Positions 12,405-23,487 are shown, numbered from the stretch's first letter. The stretch: DNA of 42,137 nucleotides from Octopus bimaculoides (GCF_001194135.2 NC_068998.1:33757677-33799813); one strand, 5' to 3'. Notes: a model not told the origin generated them from the sequence alone. Made by a program: numbers and translations.

Positions 12405-12819
12405 CTATTAGTGACAAGTAAAGTAATTAGCAAAAGCTCATGTTTGTTTAAAACTGTTGCTGTATTTAGTAATTGCCCCGTTCATGTTTTAAGATCAAAT
12501 CCTTCTGAGATTGATTAAATACATATCAGTCATATACTGACTGAAACAAGTTAGTACTTGAAATCAACAAATTTAGTGCAACCAAGATATAACTGTACCA
12601 ACCAACATTCACGTTGTCAACTATTCTCAGCTCACTTTATTCAACTTAAAGCAACTCATATTTAGAGTCAAGATAAAAGATTTGTGCTCAATTATTCCTC
12701 AAATAAAATTATATTATCTGTCAAAAATTATATCAGACATAATATGCAAATTGAGATGCACATCATCAGAATTTTAGTGTTTTATGACTCTGAGAATAGA
12801 TGAATACTATCATATCTAC

Positions 12820-12946
12820 CTCGACCTCCAGTCTTGCAGAAAATCAATCACCTCATCAACAAACTCTTCTCTAGTAAATTTGTAGCTACTGATTATCAGT
12901 GTTTTATCACTTATCAAAAAGCATTTTCATTATTGTTATTATTTAT
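12820..12946 (-). pseudogene. Candidate exon ...LISDKTLIISSYKFTREEFVDEVIDFLQDWRS
   Basis: gatcacag| acceptor and ag|gtagat donor. It needs a 1-nt frameshift at a T5 run to join the upstream exon in phase 0. Confidence 0.5.
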
Positions 12947-13013
12947 CTGTGATCAGTATTAAATGAACAGAATCAAAAGCATTTCATCTGTGATTATTTT
13001 CTTTTTTTTTTAC

Positions 13014-13248
13014 CTCAAACTACATTATCCAGTCATTACTTCATTTTTTAAAGATGGCAGTACATGATTTGAGAGACATTTCATTGTTATTTCTAGTAGA
13101 AGAGTATAGCTTCCCTTGTAGGTTCAAAAGAGAAGCATCATGAATAATAACTTGTAATGTCAGTTTAAGCAATTGCATTATTAAAAGTTGGGTGATATCT
13201 AGTTTATTATGACCCTTTTTGAAATGTTCTGTGGGATTATCTTCTATA
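13014..13248 (-). pseudogene. Candidate exon IEDNPTEHFKKGH...AIFKK*SNDWIM*FE
   Basis: cttacctaacag| acceptor and gag|gtaaaa donor. 78 codons, two stops. It overlaps track ORF 13041-13301. Confidence 0.5.
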
Positions 13249-13533
13249 CTGTTAGGTAAGATTGTAGGGTAGATGTTACAAAAAGTGAGGTGGACAGCCA
13301 TGGGATGGTAGATTGAAACAAATTGGAGGGTTACTACCTTGAACTACAACCCAAAATTATACAGTATTACAAGACAGCCACCACTGCAATGGAATGGTCT
13401 TCTGAACTTCAGAGTATTATTTTGCCTGCACTGAAACCAAAGCATATTTTGGTTTCAGTGTTATCTGTCAGTGTTCAACTGCCTTTGTAGTGTACTATCT
13501 AGTAATACCACATATTGCTAAGAACAGTCCCAC

Positions 13534-13770
13534 CTTAGCAAATGAATCCTTTTCTTTCAGTTGCTCTAGAATTTTAAAACAAAAGTAACATTTAAACCTG
13601 AACAATTGATCTTTAGGTGGGGAATTGGCAGAACCAATAAAGTGTTGGACATGCCTGTGGTGTTTAATTATGGTCCTTTATATTCCAAGTGCCAATCTGC
13701 CAAGCTCATCCATGTAGAAGTTCACAGTGAACATCATGTGTATCAATCACTCCTGAGCATTTATATTTCT
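13534..13770 (-). pseudogene. Candidate exon RNINAQE*LIHMMFTVNFYMDELGRLALGI*RTIIKHH...LKEKDSFAK
   Basis: ttttcttttatgcag| acceptor and aag|gtggga donor. 237 nt = 79 codons, two stops. Confidence 0.6.
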
Positions 13771-13833
13771 CTGCATAAAAGAAAATTATATCATACAATT
13801 TGTTGGAGTAGCAAAAATCTAATAACAGACTAC

Positions 13834-13932
13834 TTTAGCTCCACATTATTTAAAACTTCATTGGTACAGAATGCATCCACATCCCTAGATGTACAAAGTC
13901 TGAATAAAGTAAACTGTGGGTCCAATCTATAC
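13834..13932 (-). pseudogene. Candidate exon YRLDPQFTLFRLCTSRDVDAFCTNEVLNNVEL
   Basis: ttcatag| acceptor. Stop-free 99 nt, phase-compatible with the upstream exons. The donor gtagtc is weak and 1 nt out of phase with the next exon. Confidence 0.55.
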
Positions 13933-14431
13933 CTATGAACTTTAATTAATATGGAGCTGAGTTAACCTGTTATAAACACGCATGCATACATACATACATG
14001 CATGTATATGCACACGCATGTATATGTACACTCATACACACACTTACGCACATGTATTATATAAAAATTGTTTCTAATATACATACAAGATAGGAATTGT
14101 TAGATAATTAAACTGAATTCAGTACTTGACAGGCACTTTATGTTACTGACTCCCAAGGGATAAAAAAAATTTGATCTTGTTGAGATATGGATTCAGAACA
14201 TAAAGTCCCACAATCAATACTGCAATGAATTTTCTCCAACTCTCTAATGATGCAGTCAATCTATCACCCTGGATTGTTTCTAAGATGGCACAATGACAAG
14301 AATTTGGTGGGATGAGATGATTGTATTTGTCCAGTTTTAACTGGTACTTTATTTTATCAACTCTACAAGGATGAAAAGTGAAAACTTCCTTCTTGAGAAT
14401 TTCACCTCAGAATGTAAAGAGCTAGAACAGA

Positions 14432-15604
14432 TACAAAAAGGCACTCAAAAGAAGCCAGAAATTTGCAATATTATTTTATTGCCTTCAAAGTATTCGCCAT
14501 TTGAAGCATACATTGGTCCAAGTGATTTTCCTCTATTTGAAGCAGTCCTGGAACTCTTGCAAAGCAATGCTTTTTAATGCCTCCTTTGTGTATTTCTTCA
14601 CCTCTTCCACATCTGTAAATTCCATTGCACCAGCTAGTGATGACCTTCAGAAAAAGGTCTGGATCAGTTTCAAACTGTTCTTTCAGTTCATGACATGCAT
14701 TCAGTCATAGCAGCTTTTGATCTTCCATGAGAAAGTGAGGCACAAATTTTGCTGCAACTCTTTTCACTCACACTTTCTCACTGAAAAGTCGTTGGCAGAA
14801 GCTCCAGGACACATCAGTCATATCAACAAGTTGTTCAGTGACTGTCCTCTAAGATGAGTTTCCATGATGTTTTCATTCATTTGGGAGGTTGGCAGTCATC
14901 CTGAACAAGGTTGGTCCTCAAACAACAAGTGACCATTCCTTAAAGCATGGAAACCACTCATAAACTTGTGTTTTGCTCATGGCAGCATTCTTGTAAGCAA
15001 TTTTGCCTGCCATTTTCTCCAACAGAAAACAGAATTTCATGGAAGAACACTATTCTTTTGTTTCAGCCATTGCAAAATTATCAAACAGAGGAGAAGCACA
15101 ACAAAACAAAGATGTGCCACATGGCAGTACGACTCCACCCAATGATGTCAGTCAGCCAACTGATGCCTGAGGGTTGCATGGTGCTGGTCAGCAGACTGAT
15201 GCCTGAGAGTTGCATGGCGCTGGTCAGCAGACTGATGCCTGAGGGTTGCATGGCACTGGTCAGCAGACTGATGCCTGAGGGTTGGNNNNNNNNNNNNNNN
15301 NNNNNNNNNNNNNNNNNNNNNNNNNNNNNNNNNNNNNNNNNNNNNNNNNNNNNNNNNNAGCAGACTGATGCCTGAGGGTTGCATGGCGCTGGTCAGCAGA
15401 CTGATGCCTGAGGGTTGCATGGCGCTGGTCAGCAGACTGATGCCTGAGGGTTGCATGGCGCTGGTCAGCAGACTGATGCCTGAGGGTTGCATGGCACTGG
15501 TCAGCAGACTGATGCCTGAGGGTTGGGTCTAGCAGTGGAAGCCTGAACTACAGTGGGTTTGCCCCACAGAGAACGTTTCCTGTCACTTTTGGGTATCCCT
15601 CATA
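14432..15604 (-). mobile_element. mariner transposon, internal-deletion derivative
   Basis: TIR tttcctgtcacttttgggtatccctca|ta (to 15604) and decayed ta|caaaaaggcactcaaaagaagccagaaa (from 14432). The transposase remnant (ATG at 15070) has AAKFVPH, DPDLFLKVIT and C-terminal EFQDCF..NGEYFEG. Catalytic D2/D3 are missing. Confidence 0.75.
15151..15524. repeat. 36-bp GC-rich minisatellite inside the mariner 5' region
   Basis: Unit ctgatgcctgagggttgcatggcgctggtcagcaga, with at least 8 near-identical units visible. An N gap at 15286-15358 interrupts the array. Confidence 0.95.
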
Positions 15605-15848
15605 TTGCAGGGAATCATTTCCAATGTCCAGATGATTCTACTGTTCTAGCAGGACCTATGGAAAGATTGAATTTTATAATTTTTTAAATTTTTATATCGA
15701 TGCTTGAAGTTCATAACAGTATCTGTTATGTTAAAGGTTTTTATTACAATAAGTTAAAAATAGATTGAGGTTATTGCAAAATGAGGATTTAGATTGCTTC
15801 TATTGTTACAACATAATAAATTCCAGTCTATGTTAGGGTTCATCTCAC

Positions 15849-15887
15849 AACTGAGACTGGTTGTTTATTACAAAATGTTTTCCTGAT
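15849..15887 (-). pseudogene. Candidate 39-nt exon SGKHFVINNQSQ
   Basis: gtcatttacag| acceptor and |gtgaga donor. Stop-free, phase 2-2, consistent with both neighbours. Confidence 0.45.
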
Positions 15888-15979
15888 CTGTAAATGACAC
15901 TGAAGCCACCTCTGTATGCAAGACTATGATAATATAAAACAATCACCTTATTTTAAACATAATTTCTTTGGCATGTTAC

Positions 15980-16112
15980 ATATCATTGTGCCATCCAAGC
16001 TCACTATTTCGAAGGAGATGTCAAAATAAATAGGAATTTCTAGTTGGTATAGCATGATTTAGATGAATGACGTCTATATTTTCTGGAAAGGCTCCACATT
16101 CACCAATAAACA
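15980..16112 (-). pseudogene. Candidate exon FIGECGAFPENIDVIHLNHAIPTRNSYLF*HLLRNSELGWHND
   Basis: aatttccacag| acceptor and |gtaaca donor. 133 nt, one TGA, and the other two frames are also closed. Confidence 0.65.
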
Positions 16113-16190
16113 CTGTGGAAATTACATTATATGTAGGAAAATTATAGCATTAGAGGTCAGGGTCTTATCTTAAGTGCAGGTTATATTTAC

Positions 16191-16332
16191 AGGGAACTGT
16201 ATTTCCTCTGACTACTAATGACTGTTCTGACATTTCTACTAAATGTATATTTTTAAATAGTTCCATATATTAGTTATGGAAAAAGCCATAATTTCTTGTA
16301 TTGTGTTCATCATATGAGACAAAAATGTAGAA
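16191..16332 (-). pseudogene. Candidate exon FYIFVSYDEHNTRNYGFFHN*YMELFKNIHLVEMSEQSLVVRGNTVP
   Basis: |gtaaat donor and a 78-nt intron. It ends in phase 1, matching the next exon, and has one TAA. The acceptor position is uncertain. Confidence 0.5.
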
Positions 16333-17124
16333 CTGAGAATTGCTTCAACCCAATATCATTAAACTTCATTAGCATCAACAATCTAAAGTTAGCTACATGC
16401 TAGGAGACTATTTTCTGTATACAGAGAAAATTCATGACAATGAAACCTCTTTCTTTGGGTGTACTAACCTTTGAACTAAAAGAAGCAAAGAAAAAAAAAA
16501 TTGCACAATCATATCCTTGGATATTTTTTCCTGAAATTATTAGCTTTCTCAATATTTTCTTCAGCAAGTAATTTCAGTTCTTTTATAGGTCCACTTCTAA
16601 ATCCTGAAGTGTCATGTTAAGGACAATGATGTCCATTTCTTAGATAATGTGTGGTCTGACTGCAACTGGTTTGACTGCTGCTGTGTCATAGGAGCACCAA
16701 ATCATCTCAGTCTTTTTCCTGTTGTTTGAACATTTCTTGTTCCTTGATCATGTCTACTTGTCATAGTCAGTTCTTTCCTCAAGATTTTCCTATTCTGTTC
16801 ACTGCTCTTCATTCATATTATTTCATCATACTTATCTCCGGCTCTATACTGTTGCACATAATCAGTTCACTGTGCACTATCTATGTTCTTGTATTGTATT
16901 CATTGGCTTTCTCTTTGATACCATAGTCCACCAGCACAATTATGCTCAATAATGTTGCTCCCCATTGTCTGTTGGTTTTACTTAAACTATCTCTTATTTC
17001 CTGTCTTTATTGTTCAAATTATGACCTTTGCACGTATTGTCTCATTTATTCTCTTGTTGCTTTATTATTGTTAAAATGTTAAGTGGAAATAAAATTTATA
17101 GTGTAAAAATTTGACATTACTTAC

Positions 17125-17171
17125 GTTGGATTTGAACAATTATTGAAAGTTATTTGATACTTTTATCCCTT
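17125..17171 (-). pseudogene. Candidate exon KG*KYQITFNNCSNP
   Basis: Near-consensus tttttttcttttgacag| acceptor and |gtaagt donor. Stops occur in all three frames. Confidence 0.65.
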
Positions 17172-17246
17172 CTGTCAAAAGAAAAAAAACAATAAATAAA
17201 ACTTCTGCTTTCTACATAGGATTAGAAAAACACTTTCATTATTTAC

Positions 17247-17354
17247 CTTATAAAACAGGTTTCCTTTTTTGTTGCAAACAAAAACATTTTCCCATTTTGA
17301 TTTTATTGTAATGACATTTTGATCTCCCTTTGAAGCATAACATATAACCATGGG
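17247..17354 (-). pseudogene. Candidate exon PMVICYASKGDQNVITIKSKWENVFVCNKKGNLFYK
   Basis: tcttgcttcag| acceptor and aag|gtaaat donor. 108 nt, stop-free, phase 0-0, followed by a 75-nt intron. Confidence 0.7.
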
Positions 17355-17384
17355 CTGAAGCAAGATAGGATAACACTATAGATA

Positions 17385-17590
17385 AGAATGTTTTCTAACC
17401 AAGAGTCAGAAATTTTGGGAGATGGAACATTCAATTACTTCAACATCGGTACTTGACAAGTGTATATTTTACTAGTCCTGGAGGAATGAAAGGCAAAGTC
17501 AACTTCAGTGGTATTTGGACTCAAAACATAAAGAGCCTTGATTATATACAACTAGACATCTTGCTCCACATTCTAATGATTCTGCCCAAT
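17385..17590 (-). mobile_element. Decayed tRNA-derived SINE
   Basis: gaatgaaaggcaaagtcaacttcagtggtatttggactcaaaacataaag matches the body of the 5101-5307 family. Confidence 0.6.
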
Positions 17591-17977
17591 TGTTGTTGTT
17601 AGCACTCTGTCACTTACGACGTCGAGGGTTCCAGTTAATCCGATCAATGGAACAGCCTGCTATGAAATTAACATGAAAGTGGCTGAGCACTCCACAGACA
17701 CATGTACCCTTAACGTAGTTCTCGAGGATATTTAGCATGACACAGTGTGACAAGGCTGGCCCTTTGAATTACAGGTACAACAGAAACGGGAAGAAAGAGT
17801 GAGAGAAAGTTGTGGTGAAAGAGTACAGCAGGGTTCGCCACCATCCCCTGCCGGAGCCTCGTGGAGCCTTAGGTATTTTCGCTCAATAAACACTCACAAT
17901 GCCCGGTCTGGGAATCGAAGCCGCGATCCTATGACCGCAAGTCCGCTGCCCTAATCACTAGGCCATTACGCCTCCAC
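17591..17977 (-). mobile_element. Younger tRNA-derived SINE with 10-bp TSD
   Basis: The minus head gtggaggcgtaatggcctagtgattagggcagcggac...ggcttcgattccc has A and B boxes, CpGs are retained, and the tail is (AAC)n. TSD tctgcccaat lies at 17581-17590 and 17978-17987. Confidence 0.9.
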
Positions 17978-18321
17978 TCTGCCCAATAACAGTACTTAAA
18001 ATTGCAATTTACCATTTTCTTTAAGTGTGCATCTCTGTGAGTGTATGTGTGTATATGTATGTATCTGAGTGTCTATCTATAAAATGATTAACCAAATTAA
18101 TGACATCATTGCAATTGATTTGGTGGGGCAGTGGGAGACATCTAGTTGGCAACACCCAAGTCACTGCATATACATGCAGTATTAGTGAAAGGATATACAC
18201 ACAGTGAAAATGAGAGAATATACATTCAGTATTTGGTGGACATGTATATATATTAATGTTCGTTTTTACGTCCAGTTATAATAAGAACAATTGAACATTA
18301 ATCTGAAGAGTTACTCCATAC

Positions 18322-18399
18322 TTTTGTGGAGTATAAATTTATTATTCTTTAACAGAGATAGTATTGACAGGGAATGTTGAAGTCACTGACAATACTATT
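18322..18399 (-). pseudogene. Candidate exon NSIVSDFNIPCQYYLC*RIINLYSTK
   Basis: aaa|gtatgg donor. It ends in phase 0, matching the 17354 exon, and has one TAA. Confidence 0.5.
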
Positions 18400-18412
18400 C
18401 TTGTTAGAGAAA

Positions 18413-18466
<54 letters not shown>

Positions 18467-18559
18467 CATATATATATATTTATACACACACACATATATA
18501 TATATATACATATATATAGACACACACACAGAGAATCAGGGAGAATATGCACTACATGC

Positions 18560-18735
18560 ATAGAGCAGCACTAGTATAAACTGTAGAGTGACTGGTATTA
18601 GAAGGGATATCCAGCCAAAGAGACCATTCCAAAGCAGACCATAAAGCATGATGTAGTTCTTGGAGCCATTGGATTCTGTCAAATCACCTAACCTATGCCA
18701 GTATGGAACATAGACATCAAATAATGTTGATGAGG
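18560..18735 (+). mobile_element. RTE-like tail fragment
   Basis: ggtattagaagggatatccagcc...cctatgccagtatggaacatagacatcaaataatgttgatga, the same motif order as the other copies. Confidence 0.55.
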
Positions 18736-20127
18736 AATAACTCGGCTATTTTTATTTGTTTCTATGTTTTTTATTTGTTGATTTTTTGTGTGTGTTCAGT
18801 TTTCAGTAGAGATTTACTGATTATATTGGGAACTTGGCGTCGACGAGCTGAGAGTGTTTTATGTTAGGTGCAAATGGTAGTTCTGTGGTAATTTTATGTT
18901 TCTAATGGGAATAACAACATAGGAATACTGAGTTCGAAAAAACCCACCCACATTAACATTCACACAGTTCTCACTACACAAACACATATACACACATATG
19001 TACACATACATGCACAAAATCATGTGAAATTGTGTTATGTAAATATATACTTTATGAGACCTTGCGTTGCTTATTGGTGCTGGAAATAAAATAAGAATAA
19101 TTAAATTAAGTACATATGTTTGCATGCAGGCGCTCGTTTGTGTGCCTCCTCCTCACACAAATATACATGCACACATTCATAGAAACATGCATATATACAC
19201 ACACATACATGTATGCATACATACATACATACATACATACATACATACATACATAACTACGTACATACATGTTATTACTGGAAAAAGATTGAAAATCATT
19301 ACAAATAACAAGAGAAAGTATGCAAGCAGAAAAAATAATATGTTATAAGAGGCAATTTAAAAACATTTATCATTAAATTTTTGGTTGAAAACAAGAAAAG
19401 AACGATGACATAACTGTAAAGAAAAAATGTCAAAGCAATCAGGAAATAAAAGCAAACTTTCATAGTTTTTCTTAAGAGAATGAGACAGAAGATTCTGAAA
19501 GAAATAATTTTCACAGCTGAAGAACAATGGAGACAATCTAGTGTCAATCTCTTTTTACTTCGAATTCTTTATAGTCCACAGTTGTTTATAATGTTTCTCT
19601 TTTACAATCTGTTCAGTTGAGTAGAACAGAGTATAACACTGTCATAGTTGTTCTTATTGTTATGGCTGTAGCTCCAAGTCAGCTCTGGTTCAGCAGACAT
19701 TTGTTCAAAGACATTCTAGCAATGTCTTCAGATGTAGTTTAACAAATGCAGATCACATTTTTAATGTGTCCTTCCTTTTTTCAGACAGTGGGCTATATTC
19801 TGAAGAAAATTTGGTTACTATTTCTACAGATCAAGTTGCTCTTTAAAGGCCTGCGAATACTTTTCATTTGAATGGTGATTGGTTGGGGCATGCCATATGA
19901 TACTCTACCATCATGTAGTGTTTATGAAGAAAGTCATCTTGAAAGACCCACTCCTCTCCCAACTGTCACAACACATAACAAACTTCACTCTACATTTGAA
20001 GCAAATGAAACTCTCATTGATTGGTCAGTGCTGATGTTATTGCTTACAGTGGAGATTTGCCCTTCCTCCAGTAGTGTTGTACTGAGTGGGAGATGAATTA
20101 AACCATGTTTTGATGTTGAAATAGTAT

Positions 20128-21143
20128 ATCATCATCATCATCATCATCATCATCACGGTCATTGTCATCATTTACTTTCTATGTTCCATTTTTGTATGAG
20201 CTGGATGGTTTTACAGGATTTGACAAACCCAAGGATTGCATCATGCTCAGCTGTCTATTTTGGTATGGTTTCTTTCTATGGCCAACCACTTTATACATTA
20301 TTTCATGGCACTGGTACTGGTAAGGTTGCTATGCAGCTTGCAAAACTTTAAACCCTGAGAAAGTGACTTTCTGCTAGGAGATGATATGTTAAGACATGAT
20401 TAAAAGGGTTGGAGTGAAACAGGGTTCTTTTTTTGTGGTAGAAGGGTTGCATCATTACTCCCATTTTAAGAGAAGGTAAACTGATCGGGTTGGAGCAGGG
20501 AAGAGATGAAATTGTGGTGATCAAGTGTCTGTGTGAAGTCGTAAGGTATGGAGAGAGTAGTAGTGAGTAGAGACAGAAGGACTAGAAATGTAGGTGGATA
20601 AAGGTACAGGAATGTATTGGAGAGTGAGAGAGGTGGAGTGAGGGTTGTACATAAAAATGAAGAACAATTGTTGAGTAGTTGCTAAGTTGGGGAGGTAGGG
20701 AAGAGTAGGGGACAATTGTAGAGATTGGATAGGGTTGAGTGGTGGAAGTAGTGAATGGTGGGTAAGGGGTTGGTGTGACTAATAACACAGTAGTAGGGGT
20801 GAAGAACAGTAAAATAAGTAATGATGATACAAAAGACAGGAGAGAGAGAGAGAGATGATAAGTAGGTGGAGAGGAAGGCAGGAAGGAAGAAAGGAAGGAA
20901 GAAGAGAAAGACATATGTAGTGTTTGGAGTGAATGAGAGATGTATGGTAGTTTAGTGAGTGTGGATGAGATCAATGTAAAGTTTAGGTGGAGAGGACAGT
21001 ATTAAGGATGAGGAATATGTACCAAGTGAAATGGTTCCTGGGAATGATAAAAATCAGTGAACTCAATGAAAAGCTGCAGTCAGATAGATGAAATATGGTA
21101 AGGAGTATCTTGAGGGAGAAATTGAGCAAAGGAACCAGCTGTT

Positions 21144-21183
<40 letters not shown>

Positions 21184-21250
21184 GCTACTACAACTTAGCT
21201 TTGCCCAGTTATGCAGGTCTTCTTGAGAACCGCTGTTTCTGCTTCTCTCA
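20128..21250 (-). mobile_element. Non-coding element with (TGA)n RTE-like tail and purine-rich body
   Basis: (CAT)n followed by the tail motif, then an AG-rich tract. The architecture mirrors 31545-32420. Boundaries are approximate. Confidence 0.45.
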
Positions 21251-21281
21251 CTCTCACTCTCTATCCCTTCTCTCTCTCTCC

Positions 21282-21354
<73 letters not shown>

Positions 21355-21573
21355 CAATGTGTTATAAGTAAGTTTCTGGACTGTATGTGATCTTATTGTA
21401 CTCTTTAACAGAAATGCATATACAGCAATTGAACATTGCTAGACAATCTGCAAATAGGTTTCATGCTTTCTACTTGAGTTCAAGTATAATGGCTAATTAT
21501 TACTTGTGTTCAATTATTACATAATATTACATTTTTTAACACTCTGTAATGACTGACGTTTTAAGAGACTTAC

Positions 21574-21772
21574 TTTGCATCATAGTTGCTTCATATACTT
21601 GCATCTTAGTTTATTACATAAAAGTTAGTGTTCTATCATGCGGTTGTAAAGTATGTAGTGTAGACAGGAAAATGTATTTTGCTTTGTAAGGTTCAACTTC
21701 TTCAGAATAAATGGTTACAAGTGCAACAAGTTGTATGCCTGTTTGATGTATAGCAAAGTTCAAATGTTATGC
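21574..21772 (-). pseudogene. Candidate exon A*HLNFAIHQTGIQLVALVTIYSEEVEPYKAKYIFLSTLHTLQPHDRTLTFM**TKMQVYEATMMQ
   Basis: tttttacatcgatatcag| acceptor and consensus |gtaagt donor. 199 nt, with a 50-codon open stretch and three TAA. Confidence 0.6.
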
Positions 21773-21806
21773 CTGATATCGATGTAAAAAAGTTTACTTT
21801 TACATC

Positions 21807-21839
<33 letters not shown>

Positions 21840-22267
21840 GAGACATATCTACAAGCATAAAGAAAAAGAGAATGGAGTATGAAAGGTTGAGAGAATATGA
21901 GAGATAGATTCAGTGAGGTAGTGATGTGTTGACTGAGAGAAATTATCTCCTGCTATTTGTTGTTGGTCAATTAAAGAAAATTATACAATAATTGTGAGTG
22001 ATGAACAATCAATCAGTGAAAAAGTGAAAGCATGATCATTCTTTTGAACCATTTCAAGCAATAAAACTCTTAGTCAAATTAATGACATCATAACAAATAG
22101 AACAGTAGGAGACACCTGGCTGGGAACGTATTAAGAGGAACCAAATCACTGCATTTCCATACAGTATTATTTAAAGGATATACAGGCAATGCTAATGAAA
22201 GAGAGAGAGAGAGAGAGAGGCGGGGTGTATATAAAAATCATCATTATTATCATTATTACTGTTATTA

Positions 22268-22479
22268 AGGCGGTGAGCTAGCAGAGTCATAAACATGCCG
22301 GGTAAAATGCTTAGCAGTATTTTGTGTCTTCAAGTTCTAAGTTCCAATGCTACCAGGGTCGACTTTGTCTTTCATCTTTTCGGTGTTGATAAGTACCATT
22401 TACCCACTGGAGATGATGTAATCGACTAGTCTCCTTCCCCAAAATTTCAGGCCTTGTGCCTATAGTAGAAAGGATTATT
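22268..22479 (+). mobile_element. tRNA-derived SINE with 16-bp TSD
   Basis: Full head-to-tail copy flanked by attattactgttatta at 22252-22267 and 22480-22495. Confidence 0.9.
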
Positions 22480-22515
22480 ATTATTACTGTTATTATTTAA
22501 AACATTTCACTTCAA

Positions 22516-22652
22516 CCCCAAGTGACCTAAAGTTCTGTAGGCTTCTTACAGAAACCTAGCTCATCAGGCTCAGTTAACTGATTAACTCAGCTAACTGAGC
22601 CCTATGAGCTAGGTTTCTGCAAGAAGCCTACAAAACTTTAAGTTGCATGGGG
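22516..22652. repeat. Inverted repeat / foldback with 49-bp core arms
   Basis: Arms 22528-22576 and 22592-22640 differ at 4 positions, with a 15-nt loop. The stem extends imperfectly to cccca...tgggg. Confidence 0.9.
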
Positions 22653-22671
22653 CCAAATCAAACCGCTTTAC

Positions 22672-22734
22672 ACTGTGTAACAAAATGTAATTCTTTTTTG
22701 TCTTTAGCCAGTAAGTGTTATTTCCTATTTGCTT
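22672..22734 (-). pseudogene. Candidate exon KQIGNNTYWLKTKKNYILLHS
   Basis: tttcttttgacttctaaatag| acceptor and |gtaaag donor. 63 nt, stop-free, phase 0-0. Confidence 0.55.
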
Positions 22735-23202
22735 CTATTTAGAAGTCAAAAGAAATTACTACTATTCCTCTCAAACCTTGCTTTTGTCACCTAGATATCA
22801 ATGTTTTGAAATAGACTTATTTTCCATTTCAAAGAGATTCAGCATTGAGTTACTGAAGCAGAAATATTGTTATTGCAAATATTCTGCTCAATACTACAGA
22901 TTTGTTTGTCAGTTGCTTAACCTTAACCGCTTGAGCATGTCCCTTAATGGCTGACAATATATGTATCTCCGGTGACGAGCAGGAGTAGTGAGTGAGTATC
23001 ATAGCCATGTGTTGAGAGAGATGCTTTGGAGTTTGAATAAATGTAACAAAAGCAAAGTTTGACGGAAATATTCACCCTTTTTCATACTTTCTAGGGGTAA
23101 GCAAATTAGAAATAACAGTTGCTATCCAAGGACAAAATTCGTGTTACACAGTGTGATATATATAACTCCCACTAGATGGGTTAAGTGACTCCTTTTGTTT
23201 TT

Positions 23203-23238
<36 letters not shown>

Positions 23239-23353
23239 ACACATATACACACATACACATACATACATACATATATATATATGCATATATATATATATTA
23301 TATATATATGTATATATATATATGTATATATAATATATATATATATATATATA

Positions 23354-23476
23354 CTTTATTTAAAAGCAGCAGAAATATAACAAAAAAACCGTTACTAACA
23401 AAACTGTCCGATGAACGGGAACGTGAAACTCAGAGTAACGGTTTTTTTGTTATATTTCTGCTGCTTTTAAATAAAG
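23354..23476. repeat. Perfect 43-bp inverted repeat with 37-nt spacer
   Basis: 23354-23396 is the exact reverse complement of 23434-23476. Confidence 0.95.
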
Positions 23477-23487
23477 CATATTACTCT

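Larger units (their letters stand above)
14300..15645 (-). mobile_element. tRNA-derived SINE split by the mariner at 14432-15604
   Basis: The body (actggtactt..ggatgaaaag..ctcagaatgtaaag) lies left of the mariner. The head continuation (ttgcagggaatcatttcc..gatgattct) lies right of it and resembles the decayed copy at ~14170-14240. Confidence 0.5.

Noticed and set aside
13430-13461. 13-bp stem hairpin (cactgaaaccaaa/tttggtttcagtg) as a Helitron 3' end
   Set aside because: It is AT-rich, has no CTRR at the expected spacing and no matching 5' end, so it is probably chance.
13606-13938. 110-aa plus-strand ORF
   Set aside because: It is antisense to two better-supported minus-strand exons, with no motif or splice support.
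15151-15524. 36-bp repeat as a CRISPR array or a repeat-protein ORF
   Set aside because: The units are contiguous with no spacers, there are no cas genes, the context is eukaryotic, and the array lies inside a mariner.
15605-15647. Exon-like segment after a good minus-strand acceptor
   Set aside because: It aligns better with the head of the SINE that the mariner split.
18818-18973. VNVNVGG as a BTB/T1 (KCTD) domain start
   Set aside because: The following residues do not fit the domain, and the acceptor lies in a TG microsatellite. It is kept only as a weak exon candidate.
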